A stretch of 64,000 nt of DNA from assembly GCF_902459465.1 (NCBI RefSeq), contig NW_022985693.1:372001-436000 (forward strand), in the 5' to 3' direction. This stretch comes from Asterias rubens (taxonomy: Eukaryota). A program made the translations under genes and the position numbers. This document shows, in pieces, positions 11,851-25,200 of the stretch. Positions within the stretch are counted from its first letter, which is position 1, and every line of letters begins with the position of its first letter. The notes below the pieces were generated by a model. It ran no database searches, was not told the DNA's origin, and saw only the letters and a program-made list of their open reading frames with translations.

Positions 11851-14800
11851 TCATGTAGCCATTTACTGAAAACATTTTGCTCTTTTTCCAGAGGGCCAAT
11901 TATCATACCTGTTTTAGGGCAGTTGGCCTGAACTTGTATGTAATGTATACCCGTTACATTATTCTGTTAAGTAGTTGTAAGTGTCATGTGAGATGTTTCC
12001 CAAACTGAAGTGATACAAAAGACGAGGCATGTCTCACCCTTATTTCAAACATTTTGGGAACCCGGGATTTTAAAAACCTTGAGTCCCGGCATAATTTGCT
12101 CTAAACATGTGAAGCAGCTGATAAGCTGGTTTGTAATTAGTTCTCCAATTGGCTCCAGAGAAAAATTGAAAACACTGTTCAGAAATGTGTGTGTAGTTTT
12201 CTCTTTACCCCCTTGAAAAAAACAAAGTTGGGGACTGATGAAGGAAACATAATGTAACATGGAGCCAAAAGTTTGAATAAGGGCAGGACTTGCATGGTCT
12301 CATAAGGAAATAAATAAATTATAAATTTAAGCAGCTCATGATAAAACGAAACAAACATGTTTATGTTTCTCATGAAAAGGATAGGAGTATAGGTTTCTTT
12401 GTTGAACTTAGATCAACAAATAGTATGGAAACTTTGTTGTAGTGTAGCTTTTCCCCAGGGCCTGCTTCTAGGTTTGCATGTGAGCTTAGTGTATAGTGGT
12501 TATGCATACAGCATACTCCGATACACATGAGGATGTATAGTAATGTGTACAGTGCATGAATTCATAAAACATCAATTAATCTTACCATGGACAAATCAGA
12601 AGGCGGGACTGGCAAACCCTGTATCGATCAAAGGCACCATTAGTATCCCTGACTACCGAGGGGCAGACTAAAAAGGGGCGGATCCAAGGTCAGAAAAACA
12701 GAGGGGGTTAAATATGCCGGAGGTCCTGTCTTGAGAAAGAAGGGGGGGGGTAGGTTTGACAGATCTAAAAAGGGAAATAGTGATGCAACTACCGATGCAT
12801 GTTTTAATGTTGACAGAAACAATTGTTTGAACTTGACATATTTGGATGATTATTTTACAAATATCCTTGTCAGTCAGTGCAACAACAGAATATCTCAATT
12901 GTAAAAATTCATCTTGCGCGCAAACACATGATAAATTTATTGTATCTTGGCGCCTTTTGGTTTCGTTGGTACATCCTGGTTCTTTTAAGTGAGATACAAC
13001 TTTTAAAACGTTCAAACTTGCGTGAAAAGTTAATGCTACTTAAGGAGATACAATGTTTTTGCACTGATGTGACGATATAGTAGTACACCAAACCAAAGTT
13101 TTACTTAACCGTGGTTAATGCACAATGTTTAGAAAAGTTTGTGCAAGACACCAGCTTGTCATCTTGGTTATTTGTACCATGTATTGCAATACACAGTACA
13201 GATTACGATAATTAAACCAGAGCTGCAAATATTGGCCAGAAAAAAAAATATTGGCATTGGCATGTGCAAGTAGTTGCAAAACGAAACAAGCATTTGGAAA
13301 CGGTTGTTCTAGTTGGAACAAACAAGAAACCCAATCTGAAAGAGAAAGAATTTGGGAATTTGATAAGGGAAAATATTGTACCCCCCCCCCCACACACACT
13401 AAAAGGAAATAGGGAGAGGCCTATTTGAAGGAGGCAGGACTTTCCGGCACAGAGTGCCCCAGACATTGAATAGGGGGAGATTCAACTGAGGTGTTGAATC
13501 TCCATTGGGTCCGCCAATTGCCACCACTCGTCAATAAATACAGCCACAAATGGTGACAAAAAGTGGCACACCAGGAATACATTACAGATGTGCTACTCAA
13601 AAACATGTTAAGGGCATGCAAACAAAACAGGAAACTTGATCCAGTGACGTCCAAATGGAGACAAATTGCCATGAGGCATAAATGAAAGCATAAATTGTGA
13701 TCTGTTGTTTGAGTAATTTTAGTTAGTCATGTACAAGTAGTTATCTTGGTACGTTGATCATCTCATATATGAACAAGGTACATGTATGTAACGTTTATAA
13801 CATACGTTACATAGCCGTGTAACATGTATGTTGGGACAAGGACACAGCGTAAAAAGCTCCTTGTTCTACCTTCGAACTATCAAGATTCATAAACTGACAC
13901 AAATAAATGTGAATAAAGTACTGACAGACTTTCAACTTAAGTTTGCCTGTTTGCAATAAAAATTAAACACTTTGGACGTTTGCATGTTTGCAACAAACAC
14001 ATTGGGCGCAAATGAATTTGAGTGCCTTACATTGTTTTTGAGTAGCAGAAGAGTTTGGCATCACCCCCAAACCCTTCATGTTATGTGGGACCCCAACCTA
14101 GCTACAAGTTAAATCAGTACTGGTATTTAACTCTGGCATTTTATACACACACACACAAATTATCAGTTCAATTTAGAAGTGTTAAGATTTAAAAGCACAA
14201 CTTTTATTGCAAAATCTCCGAAACTATTCCGTTAATAATCTAAATAATTGCCTCAAAAAGGATGCATAAAATAAGGAACTTCAAACTTCGTAGCGATATT
14301 TTTATCTTACTGGCAACAATTTGACTTAGCGGAACATCTTTCTAGCTTAAAAATAATGACAATAACTTTAACGAATGGCAAAGTCCTGTTTTTTTTGCTA
14401 AGCAATATCTCTAAACATCCAGTGGAACTCGTTATTCATTCATTGACTCCCTATAAAAGTAAGCATACTTTTGAAGAAGTTTATATGTCTCGTAGATAAC
14501 CACAATTACCTCGCGGAACTTCTAGTGGAACTCGTCCCAAAACTAAAAACATCACTAATAGATTCATTGACTTCCTACGATACATGTAGTAAGCATACTA
14601 TTGAAGAACTTAAATACACCTTTTAGAAGAATAAAAAATACTGTTCATTTTGATCATGAACCGTTTCTCTTTACAAGGTGTTAAATGTCGCGAATAATTT
14701 GTGAACAAATCTTACGATTAATAAGAGACCATAATCTTACACACTTAATAATAATAGTCGCAGTTTGTCTTCATGAAGTATACACTGAAATACATAATTA

Positions 14801-15818
14801 ATTATAACATATAAAAACATGTACGCTTTTCAACCCCAAGTAAATTCTTAACATGCACAGACACCACAGTGGTTTAAAAGCATGCCTTTAAAACAACGGT
14901 AAGATCTTTTAGTCATCAATAAATTTTAATTAGGTATCATGCACATTAAACTGTGGGTTGATACCTTATACCTTATTTGAAAGTTTGTTTCTACGTACTT
15001 TCAAAGCATAAAATGGTAGCTTACATGTATGCTTAACGTGCTCCCCCCCCCTTAAGTCTAGTATCAAAGAGCAGAGAAATTAATTAGAGACTTTTGAAAC
15101 ATGATTGGTATTGCTGTAAGGATAGAGGTCTAAAAATCGCAAGATGGTCAGAGAAAACTCGCAAAAATGATGTCCATTTGTTTATACTTTACATGATTTG
15201 AATCAAACCCATGACGCAACTAATTTAATTTTACAGTGGATGATTTCAGAGTAGGCGTTGATGGCGCTTTCTCCATGGGCAATGTCGGGAGTCGTAGATA
15301 GACTACATCCGACTCTATGGTAAAGTAAACTGATTATTAGAGCTCATTAGATCCTTCCCTGTTACAGTCAATATTGGGGGCTTTGGCCACACAGACTTAG
15401 ATTGGGGACTGCTGAACACATTACAGTAAGCCACTCACTGGTTGGTGTTGATGGAGGGCACTCACTGACTTGGTCTGCTGACACTTGTGGGCGGGGACAC
15501 TTGTGCAGAGTACCAGGGGGGGCTTGCATACACTGGGGTGCCACTCCTTTTTTTAAAGTTTTTTTTTAAAGGTCAAAGTTCAAAGGTCAAATTTATGAAT
15601 ATTCATGAGTACATATGAATAAATGACTAGAGACATGAACTTGTGTATACTTAGTCTTTATTTCAGACTCTGCTGCCCTCTATGTCCTTACCCTCCCCAT
15701 ATATCAAGTTCCTAGCACCCCCCAACCCTAATACCCCCTCCCCCCAATAAATAACCCATAGTGCATCTGCTTTCTATTTCAATACAAGTTGCAGCACTAT
15801 TTCGGTATGTTGACTTAA

Positions 15819-16434
15819 AGGGAAGGTACCATTTTTCAAGGAGCTTAAGTTGTCTTACAAGTTTCTTTAAGTTGTCTAACAAGTTTAATAAAAATTGTAA
15901 CAGTTTCTTTGTGGCCTTTTTTATAAATCTCTTTTAGAGATGAAAAACACAAGTTTTTCTTGCGTTTAAAATACTCAAACAGTTTGAAGTTTGGTAGAAA
16001 TTGTGCAACTCTTTTAGAGATGAAAAGCACAAGTTGTTCTTGCGCCAAATTGCTCAAAAAGCAGAACAAATTTAGTTGAAACTGTTAGACAACTTTTAGA
16101 GAAGAAAAACACAAGTTTTTCTTGCATTTAAAATGCTCAAACAGTTTGAAGTTTGGTAGAAATTGTGCAACTTTTTTAAAGATGAAAAAGCACAAGTTTT
16201 TCTTGCGCCAAATTGCTCAAAAAGCATAACAAATTTAGTTGAAACTGTTAGACAACTTTAAGAGATGACAAACACAAGTATTTTTTAGTTTTGTGAGAAA
16301 AGACACATGCTGGTTTTTCATGTGTTACAAAAAGGTGTCGTCCAACAACTCTTTGTAGTTTTAGCAGAAAATATATCCTTTAACTAAGGTTATTGAACTT
16401 TGTGACCTTTTTGGTCGTAGCTTGTACCTTCCCT
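15819..16434. mobile_element. TTAA-target (Kolobok/T2-like) MITE carrying an internal tandem array
   Basis: ttaa|agggaaggtac at 15815-15829 and gtaccttccct at 16424-16434; right TTAA is degenerate. Confidence 0.6.
15936..16280 (+). repeat. ~162 bp dimeric tandem repeat made of related 80 and 82 bp subunits
   Basis: agagatgaaaa(a/g)cacaag recurs at 15936, 16016, 16098, ~16178 and 16261, alternating between two subunit types. Confidence 0.85.
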
Positions 16435-17919
16435 TACATTCGCAATCAACAATACCAGAAGTGTTTCAGACCTTTCTTATCATCACGCCATCTTGTTGGG
16501 CAAAGCAACTTGTTTTTGTAAAAAAGTTAGTTATTGCATACTAGTGACACTAAGACTTTGCATTTGTGCAATTTCACCATCTGTGTACAAACAGGTGTCA
16601 TTGGTGATAAGTAAGGATACTTGTCAGATCAATATTTGGTAAAGATCTCTCTTTTTAGTATGTGTGGTTCCGATGGAATCAGTTTACACAACAATTCAGA
16701 CAAAATGCTGTGTCCAGTGGAAGGACACCGGTGATGCCTCGTAATTGAAACAACTGTCTGATTAACGTTGATTCATTAGATGTTAAACTGTCAGGTCATT
16801 GCTGGGATGACTTGATTTGGCATCAATTCATTATCGGTGCACAGATTGAACGCTTTAATGATGCCTTCTGTGTAAAAAATAACTTATCTTTATTGGCGTT
16901 GCTTTGCCCTTAAGAAAATAACCTTATTGTTTTTGCTGATATGAGAATGAACTTTCTGTTCAATGCTCAGGTGATCTGAGGTGGCAATGTTTTATCATCT
17001 GTGTACAAACAGATTACACTGTTTAATTGTGCCTTGTATTTGAAACATCAACTTGGCCTCAAAAAGGTTGACTTTATCAACAGCAAGAGCAGTCTGTACA
17101 TGCCATTGGCAATGCTGCTCTGCCCATCACATTTGTGATTAGTGAGGGCTAATAATTTTGATTGGCCACGGATGTAAGTTTTGATAGATCGCTGTAACAT
17201 GACAGGCAATATTTCAAAGCTATCACTTAACGTTCCTTCATGACAGATCGACCAACAATAGTATAAATGGCTGATTGATTTCGAGCATTGGTTTGTTTAG
17301 ATGAATGAAGAAAACAAATAGTAAAAACAAGATGGCGTTTGCGTGATAAAGGTCAGTGCTGCAACAAGATTGAAATAGAAAGCAGATGCTTCCCATCCCA
17401 ACACATAATAAAATACAAAATAAACACAACAGAGTTTCTTTTATTCTTTCATAAACACTTTGTACACTGGCACATCATATTATTCCCTATAAGGTACACA
17501 CACCATCATTGGTTCCTTAATGATTTTAAAATGAAAAAGTGGTTTAATTATTTCAAGATGTACTCCTGCTATATTCAAGTCTTGGTACCAGACTAATCTG
17601 CATCAATTATGTTTCAAAGATGCTGTCCGTATGTATTACAAATAATGACAATGACATGTAAAGGTGTTTTCCTCTCACAAAGTGTTTTCTACAAATGACC
17701 AATGAAAGTGTGTGTACCGCGTTGTTATAGAACCTATCCAAGGTTAAAGTTGTCAGATCAATGCTTGATATATGACAGTGGGAGGAGGGAGTATTAGATT
17801 GGCAATGAGTTTAATTGCAGTCAATGCAGGTTTGCAGTATTGTTGTTAAATCACAGAAATCAGAGTTGTGTCGAATCTGTATCATCTTAACATTTCAATT
17901 TGATACTTTTCGAGATAAA

Positions 17920-18185
17920 TATCAGTGCTTTATGGTAGCTGATCGTCAGCAATTAGCTAAGCACATATCAGTGCTTTGTGATAGCTGCCCGTAAGCATTT
18001 AGCTAAGCACATATCAGTGCTTTGTGATAGCTGCCCGTAAGCATTTAGCTAAGCACATATCAGTGCTTAATGATAGCTGCCTGTAAGCATTTAGCTAAGC
18101 ACATATCAGTGCTTTGTGATAGCTGCCCGTAAGCATTTAGCTAAGCACATATCAGTGCTTAATGATAGCTGCTCGTAAGCAATTT
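17920..18185 (+). repeat. 46 bp minisatellite, ~5.5 copies
   Basis: agctaagcacatatcagtgctttgtgatagctgcccgtaagcattt repeated in tandem. Confidence 0.95.
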
Positions 18186-19582
18186 GCTCAGTTAAGGTTT
18201 GGTTCTGACTCATCCAGAGTGGTCCAGTCCTGTAATACAGTGATGCAATGCAATGCTTTGCATCGGATGCATCCACAAACTGATGTACTCTGCTTTTAAA
18301 CAACTGTTACATACACTGTTGGTTTTATGCACAGTGCTTTGCTATCTAGCAGTTTATGCTCAGTACTTTGGATTTCTTCACTTCTGTAATATTGAATTGT
18401 TGTTATACCAGACTGTATCTGAACATACTCAAAAATTCACCAGAAAATATAGAATTAGAACATACAAACTAAATACGATGTGCCAGTGTGCATTTCTTTG
18501 TTAAATAAGAATATTTCAACAAACAATTCTATCCAGTTCTAAGCAATACACAATCAGGCAAACTAATATTCACTTAATGATAATTAAAGCATCAATATAA
18601 TTTGTAACACAATTTACAACAAGCCAAAGCGCAGCATCCATACTCAATTCCTGTCTTTACAAAAAACAAAATGAAGTCACACTTGGGGGGGGGGGGGGGG
18701 GGGTGTACACGATGCCAATAATTGAGAACCGAATGAGAGAACTGACTCTGTCAGACAATCTGCATTCAGCTTGTATAGAGAAGGTGTTTTTGAGGTGTAT
18801 TTCATCACTAAACGCACCTGCTTTGATAAGAGGACAAGTTCATTCCAAACATTTGATTGGAATAATAAGACAGTAATGATACTTTCCATCTTTCATTCTG
18901 GTTTGATAGTATTAAAGGGTTATTACTACCCTCAAAGTTCAAACATGCAGATCTTCACACTACTGTGTGTTTCTTCAAGACATTCTTATCAACTACTGCT
19001 TTAATAGAGGGACTTATAATGTCTGCTTGTTTTAAAGGATGCTGCGCTTTGGTTTTAACACCAGGCACATGGAGAAAAGTTATCCCAAAAAGGTTCTTGT
19101 TCACATTTAACCCAAACCAAAGAGAACTTATTGCTAAGATCCCCTTTTACCTGCTTGGATAACCATTTGTATGTAATTTCTGTTTGGCCAGAACAGAAAT
19201 TACAAAATTGTAGCATTTGTCACTAGAGGCTGCTTCATTTCACTTTTTTTGTAAGATGATAACGTCAAACTTTCAGTTAACGTTCAAAGAAAGATGATCG
19301 CCTTTTGACTTCGCGTTACTTACAGTGTATCTGGGTTAAACAAAAGGCCTTTCCTACCATGTGCCTGGCATGAATTTGATTTTTGTATTTATTTATGTGA
19401 TATTTTATTTGTTCAATTGAAACCAATGTCAAGCAAATCCATGTCAATGAGAATCTAATGAAGTATATGGGAGATGCTAAGCCTTCAAATATTCCTTGAT
19501 TTCAAAGTGTTGACATCACATGATATAGGATGGAAATAATCCATGAGCCTTGATTCCAAGCCTTGTTGTTTCCATGTTTGAG

Positions 19583-19757
19583 TGGTGAATAACTCATATA
19601 TCTCAAACAGTCTTCAACTACTGGTTTTTAATGGAGAGAGAATTGTTATTCACAAGTTTGACTGGTGAGTAATTCATAAAGCTCAAACAGTCTTCATCAA
19701 TTGGTGTTTAATGGAGAGAGAATTGTTATTCACAAGTTTGACTGGTGAGTAACTCAT
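19583..19757 (+). repeat. 80 bp tandem repeat, ~2.2 copies
   Basis: ggtga(a/g)taa at 19584, 19664 and 19744; atggagagagaattgttattcacaagtttgact occurs twice. Confidence 0.9.
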
Positions 19758-22069
19758 GATTGACATGGATTTGCTATTTGATACCATTCTAGTACATGGA
19801 CTAGACCCCATTGCCTTGAAGCTTTAGTGTTGACTAGAAGAGGCAGTTGCAGACAATCATCAATAAGCAAGAATTGTTCCATCCACATCTAATTCATCTC
19901 CTGGCATCACATGCTAAACTGCAAACAAAATTAGATCAACATGTTAGTTTTCAAAATGATGATATTTTGAAAGGCAGGGTACAGGTTTAAGGTGCATGAT
20001 GTACTCTTTCAAGATTAGCTTGTCCAGTTTGAGAAACAAAATTTGTAAGTATGAGCTTGACAAATTTCTTTGAGGAAGTTTCAATTACTGCTGTTGTTTT
20101 TATTAGTTATGAATCTACTTTTTGCAAATTAATAGTAAGCTTTACAATGTAGTTTGTGAAAACAGAGTTTCACTTCTTTCTTTAGATTAAAATGATTTGT
20201 TTTTGACAAAATTGTTGTTAACCTCAGTAAGTAACATTTATATGGCACCTATCCAACAGTTATTGCTCATGGTGCCTTTACAGTAAAACTCTTGTAAACA
20301 GGTGAGATTTGAGTGACATTTGACATCTTTGTTCTATTTGAATTGAATCCTGTACCCTGCCTTAACCGATTCAAATCCATAATGATTTGACACATTTACA
20401 ATGGAAAACCTTAGTTTATAAAATCAACTCAAGCAAACAAATATACAATACTGACTGTTAAATTACTCTGATCATTGACCCAGTTGAGGCAGTTATTCGT
20501 GGTTGTAATATTCTAAAATATCTGAGGTACGAGGAGAGAGTCGGATATGAATTGAGGATGGATGGAACAACCTGGAAAGTAAATGTGCTCAATTAAGCTT
20601 AATTTCCATTCTTCTCTATTTATGATCCACATTGAATCTGAAGTTAAAAGTCCCCCCATGATTTCATAACCCACAGCTGCTGAACTACAAATCAGGTAGC
20701 TGTTTTAACGCGAAAAAATTGCACCATTGATAAAAGCCTTGTTGCCTGCCCTAATATGGTTGTATAGTATCGCAGCAGGGATTCTGTCACCCAAAAAACA
20801 CAGTATTTTGAATTAGTATGAATATTCATTTTCTTATTTGCATGTTGTATCTAGTCCCCTTGTATATATTATAAATTGTCCAGAACCCAGTGACCATGAT
20901 TGTACATAACCCATGTCTATTGTGTAGTACTGTGCCCAGATTTTGTATGGTCTCAGGTTTAGGGTCCAGTAACTTCATTGCATATTCAAAGGGTAAGTTT
21001 AAATAAGAAAGAGATTGTTGCTAGTGTGATATCTGGGGGTAAGCTAATGAATGGCAAGAGGGGGGTAGGGGTAGAGCAATTGAGTTTAGTGGGATGTGAA
21101 CACAATCCTTCTGATGAGAGCTTGTGCTGGATGCACACAACCTGTTTTTGCTGTGTGGTTGTATGGTCTTTTGGAAACCACAGTTTTTCAAAGAAATATG
21201 TTGGAAAACCAACCTGAAATTTGGCTGTGCTAGCTTTGCAAGCTTAATCATTTGTATCAGCTGTTGTAGGCTTTTGGCCTCATTTTGCCAGCTTGGAAAG
21301 GAAGACAGGTTGGAGGATTCATCTACAATCGTGAGTAATTTCTTTAAAATCAATTCAATTATTTTATAAGTATTTCATTATAAATAATAAAAAACATGTA
21401 GTTAAATTACAAATCTTTGAAAACTTGTACAAATTTAGAAAGTCTTTTTGCAGTTTTTGCATAAAAGAAGGATATCTCAGTTTTTTGGCCAGATGAAAGT
21501 TTTAATTTGATTTGCAATTAGTACCAGTCGTACTGACCTCAGCTCAAGACTAAATTTATATTGGAAGTTTTGTAAGTTAATAGTGGAATGTTTTATTCAT
21601 TAAATCAATAGTGTAATTTGAGAGTTCTCTCTGAGTCTTATTCAGTGTATTGTGGAGCACGTAGGATTGTACTGAGAACTGTCCTGCTGAGTTTGCAAAG
21701 AAGGTTTTTTTTATATTTTTTTTATATTTTATATTTTTTTAAAGCTTTTCAGAAGAACAATATCAGGAGTCTTAGGCTGTACCGCAAGAAGAAATACTGA
21801 ATAAAAACTCATTGTGAGAACTGTAATCCTGAAACTTCAAATAAACGTGATTAGATACAGATTGTGAGCTATGTGTCAAACAGACAGAAACTGTCATGTA
21901 ACTTTGTACCTGTTTACATGTTTAGTAGAACAACATTATGGCTTGTATTGAACCCATCAAGCTATCAGGGAAGTTGTTGCTCCAGAAGTTACATGTGTTT
22001 TTATTTTCGTGCGAATGCCTCAAATAGAGGGTGTTTTCCCAACACTTTCTTGTCAAATGATGATTACTT

Positions 22070-22338
22070 CAGGCATGCAAGGGGAAATTTTCGAAGGCAC
22101 AAGATAGTGCGGATCGAGGCAGCCGAAACGCCACGGGACATGAGACCCACAATGGTACCCTAGAAAATGTTGAGGTTGATTATGCTCTAAGGTGCATTGT
22201 TAGCATGTACTAGGCTTATTTTTCATTATTGTAGTTGTACATTGTTGTTGCCAGGCATATACTACGCTAAAAAAATGAGCGCCGATCATTTATTTAAAAC
22301 GCGGAATTCTGCAGAAACGCAGAATAGTTGCATGCCTG
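22070..22338. mobile_element. 269 bp MITE with 11 bp TIR and apparent 6 bp TSD
   Basis: CAGGCATGCAA (22070-22080) / TTGCATGCCTG (22328-22338), flanked on both sides by TTACTT. Confidence 0.65.
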
Positions 22339-22806
22339 TTACTTGTAACTAACAAAAAAACATTGTCAGGGTCTCATTTTGGTAAGTTGCTTCATATGAC
22401 AGGACAATTTACACACCGATTTCAATCTTGTACTCATCAATTTTTCATTAATAATAATTTAATAACACCATTAATAACAGTGATTTTTCCTGAGGTTGCA
22501 AACCGCTCAGAGAGTGACAAGAAAAAACAACAATTAGAGTGAAATAAAAAACCAAGAGGGAAACCAAGTTGGATGTATACAATGCCTTTGTGTGCTTTAT
22601 CTTATCCTGGTTGAATTTCAAGCTCCCCTATTTCAAATCAAAATGGTCATGATAAATGCCGTTAACATAATGTATAATGAGTATTCTGAAACTGTCAGCT
22701 TTTTTCATTGTGCTGTGTTTCAGGAACAGACAATTGAAATAGTGTGTTTTTTTAATTGAAAAATGTCCAGTTTACATAACATAACTTAGCTTGAATCCCC
22801 TTGATA

Positions 22807-22988
22807 TTTATAAAAAATGCCATAATAACATCCGTCATGTATCCAAAATACTCAATGTATTTTTGACAACAATATTGCCTTTTTAAATGATATCAATTTA
22901 TAAAAAATGCAACCATAATAACATCCGTCGTGTATCCAAAATACTCAATGTATTTTTGACAACAATATTGCCTTTTTAAATGATATCA
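22807..22988 (+). repeat. ~90 bp tandem duplication
   Basis: ccataataacatccgtc.tgtatccaaaatactcaatgtatttttgacaacaatattgcctttttaaatgatatcaa occurs twice. Confidence 0.9.
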
Positions 22989-23469
22989 AAATATCAAATT
23001 TTTCTAATGATCAACATTGTTTGATATAATCAAAAATCTTGAGGGGAAACATCAAGGCAAACAATTTCTGCTTAGTGCTATTGATTTGAATAATTGAACA
23101 TGATCAATGATGAGAATAAAGGGAACTTTCTACTCTTTCCAACACTTTATAATTTGTTGGGGTTTGACTTTGTGTAGAGCTGTAAGTAATAAATGATTAG
23201 TGTAATGCCCCTCCATTTTGTGGTTGCATGACAAGGGTTGAGACATTTATGACCATAATGTAATGTACACAGAACCATTTGGCATAACTTATGGATTAAA
23301 CAAGTTTATGTTCTTTATGGCTTTACTTCAAAACTTTTGAGTCCAAACTGGTATACACACTAGTTGAATATTAAAACAAATAAAAGCTACAGGTGAAGAC
23401 ATGAGACATGTTTTGATCAGATATCTTGAAATGAAATGAACTGATATAAATATTGCTAATGAGTATCAT

Positions 23470-23822
23470 TGTGGGGTGTCGTGGTTGAGCAGACAAGAGC
23501 ACCAGAGTGTGGGTTCCAATCCAGGTTGTGACACTAGTGACACTTGTGTCACTGAGCAAGAAACTTAACCATAAGCTTCTCTCCACCTACATGTAGGAGT
23601 AAATGGGTACTTGTGAGGGCAGAGGTGGTTTATGTGATTGATTAGCTTGGAGCGCGCAAATACACAGCACAGGCTGTATACTCTCCAGGGAGCTGAGATA
23701 GTTTAAGGAATGATTTAAGGCCCATGTGACCATGGGTCATAATGTTGAAGCGACATGAGTGTCACATCGTGATGGACCTTAACGCTATATAAGAAGCCAT
23801 TATTGTTATAATTATTATTATC
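23470..23822 (+). mobile_element. tRNA-derived SINE with conserved central core and L2-like 3' tail
   Basis: Head gggtgtcgtggttgagcag (A box) and gggttccaatcc (B box); core tgtgtcactgagcaagaaacttaacc...gtaaatgggtac; tail cgctatataagaagcc followed by (att)n. Confidence 0.8.
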
Positions 23823-24519
23823 ATGTACTGTTTATGACAGGCCAGGATGCACTTTTTGATCTCTGTCATATTATAGGACGATGAACATCAGGAAGGATTG
23901 AATTGAATTAATTTCATGATTAGTTTCATCAGTGAAGGAAGTCATTTGTTTCTCAATCTAAACGAAACGGGTTGATTTTAAGTGATGAAATGCTAAATCT
24001 GAAAAATGATTTAATTCTTAATTGTCAATTTACATAATATTCAGTCTACCTGTGAACCCAAATAAGAACCTGAAAGTTCCTTGTTTTATAAAATATTCAT
24101 TGAAAGGGAAATTGTACAAATTATGGGATGCAAAGACCCATACATGTATGTGATCGTGTAGACCTTGTTCAATCTGTTTTTACAAAAGGAACATTTCAAA
24201 AGGCAAACTTAAAGTCTTACTTAAAGGTAGAGGACTTCTATCAAACAGAACCAAGTTCATATGATGATTTTGACATAATGTAGACAATTTAAAAGCAAAT
24301 CTTCATTTTGAGAACTTTGAATACAATTCATTTATCTCGTACTTTCCCCTTAAATGAAACTTTAAAAACTTTCAGGTTTAAAAACATTTGAAGCTACTTT
24401 ATAAATGTTAGAATTATTAAAGACAATCAGGGCAAATCTTGACAAATTTTAACAGCTATCCTGGTCATATGCAATAGTTTATATTACAATATTTAATTGG
24501 AATGGATGAATGGAATGCA

Positions 24520-25200
24520 ACGCTGTCTTGGGTGTGATGTTGAGCATTCCTTCATCTCCATTCACTATTGATAACAGTTCTGGCAAAACGTTTGTAAGAA
24601 TCTTGATTAGTTCTGTTGATGTTTTTGAATGTGACTCCATTCCATGATATCATTACATCACAGACTCACTATGAAGGGTCTACTGATGTCATAGATCTAT
24701 TGATGTTATTCAGTTTCATTCCATTCCTTGTTCAGCACATTGAAGTCTTACATTTATAACAGGTCTCCTGTAGTTACTCACAACAGTTCTGTTGATGTTG
24801 AATGTGATTTCATTCCTTGACTAGAATGTTTGCAGTGTCACATTTTGAAGGATCTCCAATCATCTTAGTTTGTGCATTGATGGTATGGAAGGAATGGCAA
24901 AGCGTTTGCAAGGATCTTGCTGCCATCACTCTACTGTTAATAATGGATACATACATCCTCCATTGGTCCAAATGTTTTGTAGTGACAGCTCCTTAAGTGG
25001 AATCTACTTGCAGTCTTACATTTGAATGATCTCCTGTGATAAATGATATCAGGGTACCCACTCTGGGTAAAGTCAGTGCTTTGCAGTCAGGGCAGGTCTG
25101 ATACATATAGCTTGTAAGGATTTTGATGTCATCAATCCGCTGTTATCAATGGATACATAAATCTGCCATTGGTTAAGTGTTTTTCATTGTAACTCCTGCA
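24520..25200 (-). pseudogene. Possible decayed C2H2 zinc-finger array
   Basis: ~84-90 bp periodicity; minus-strand fragments GGAGATCCTTCAAAATGTGAC, ACAGGAGACCTGTTATAAATGTAAG, ACAGGAGATCATTCAAATGTAAG and AACATCAACAGAACT resemble TGEKPFKC and HQRT codons; frames broken. Confidence 0.3.
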
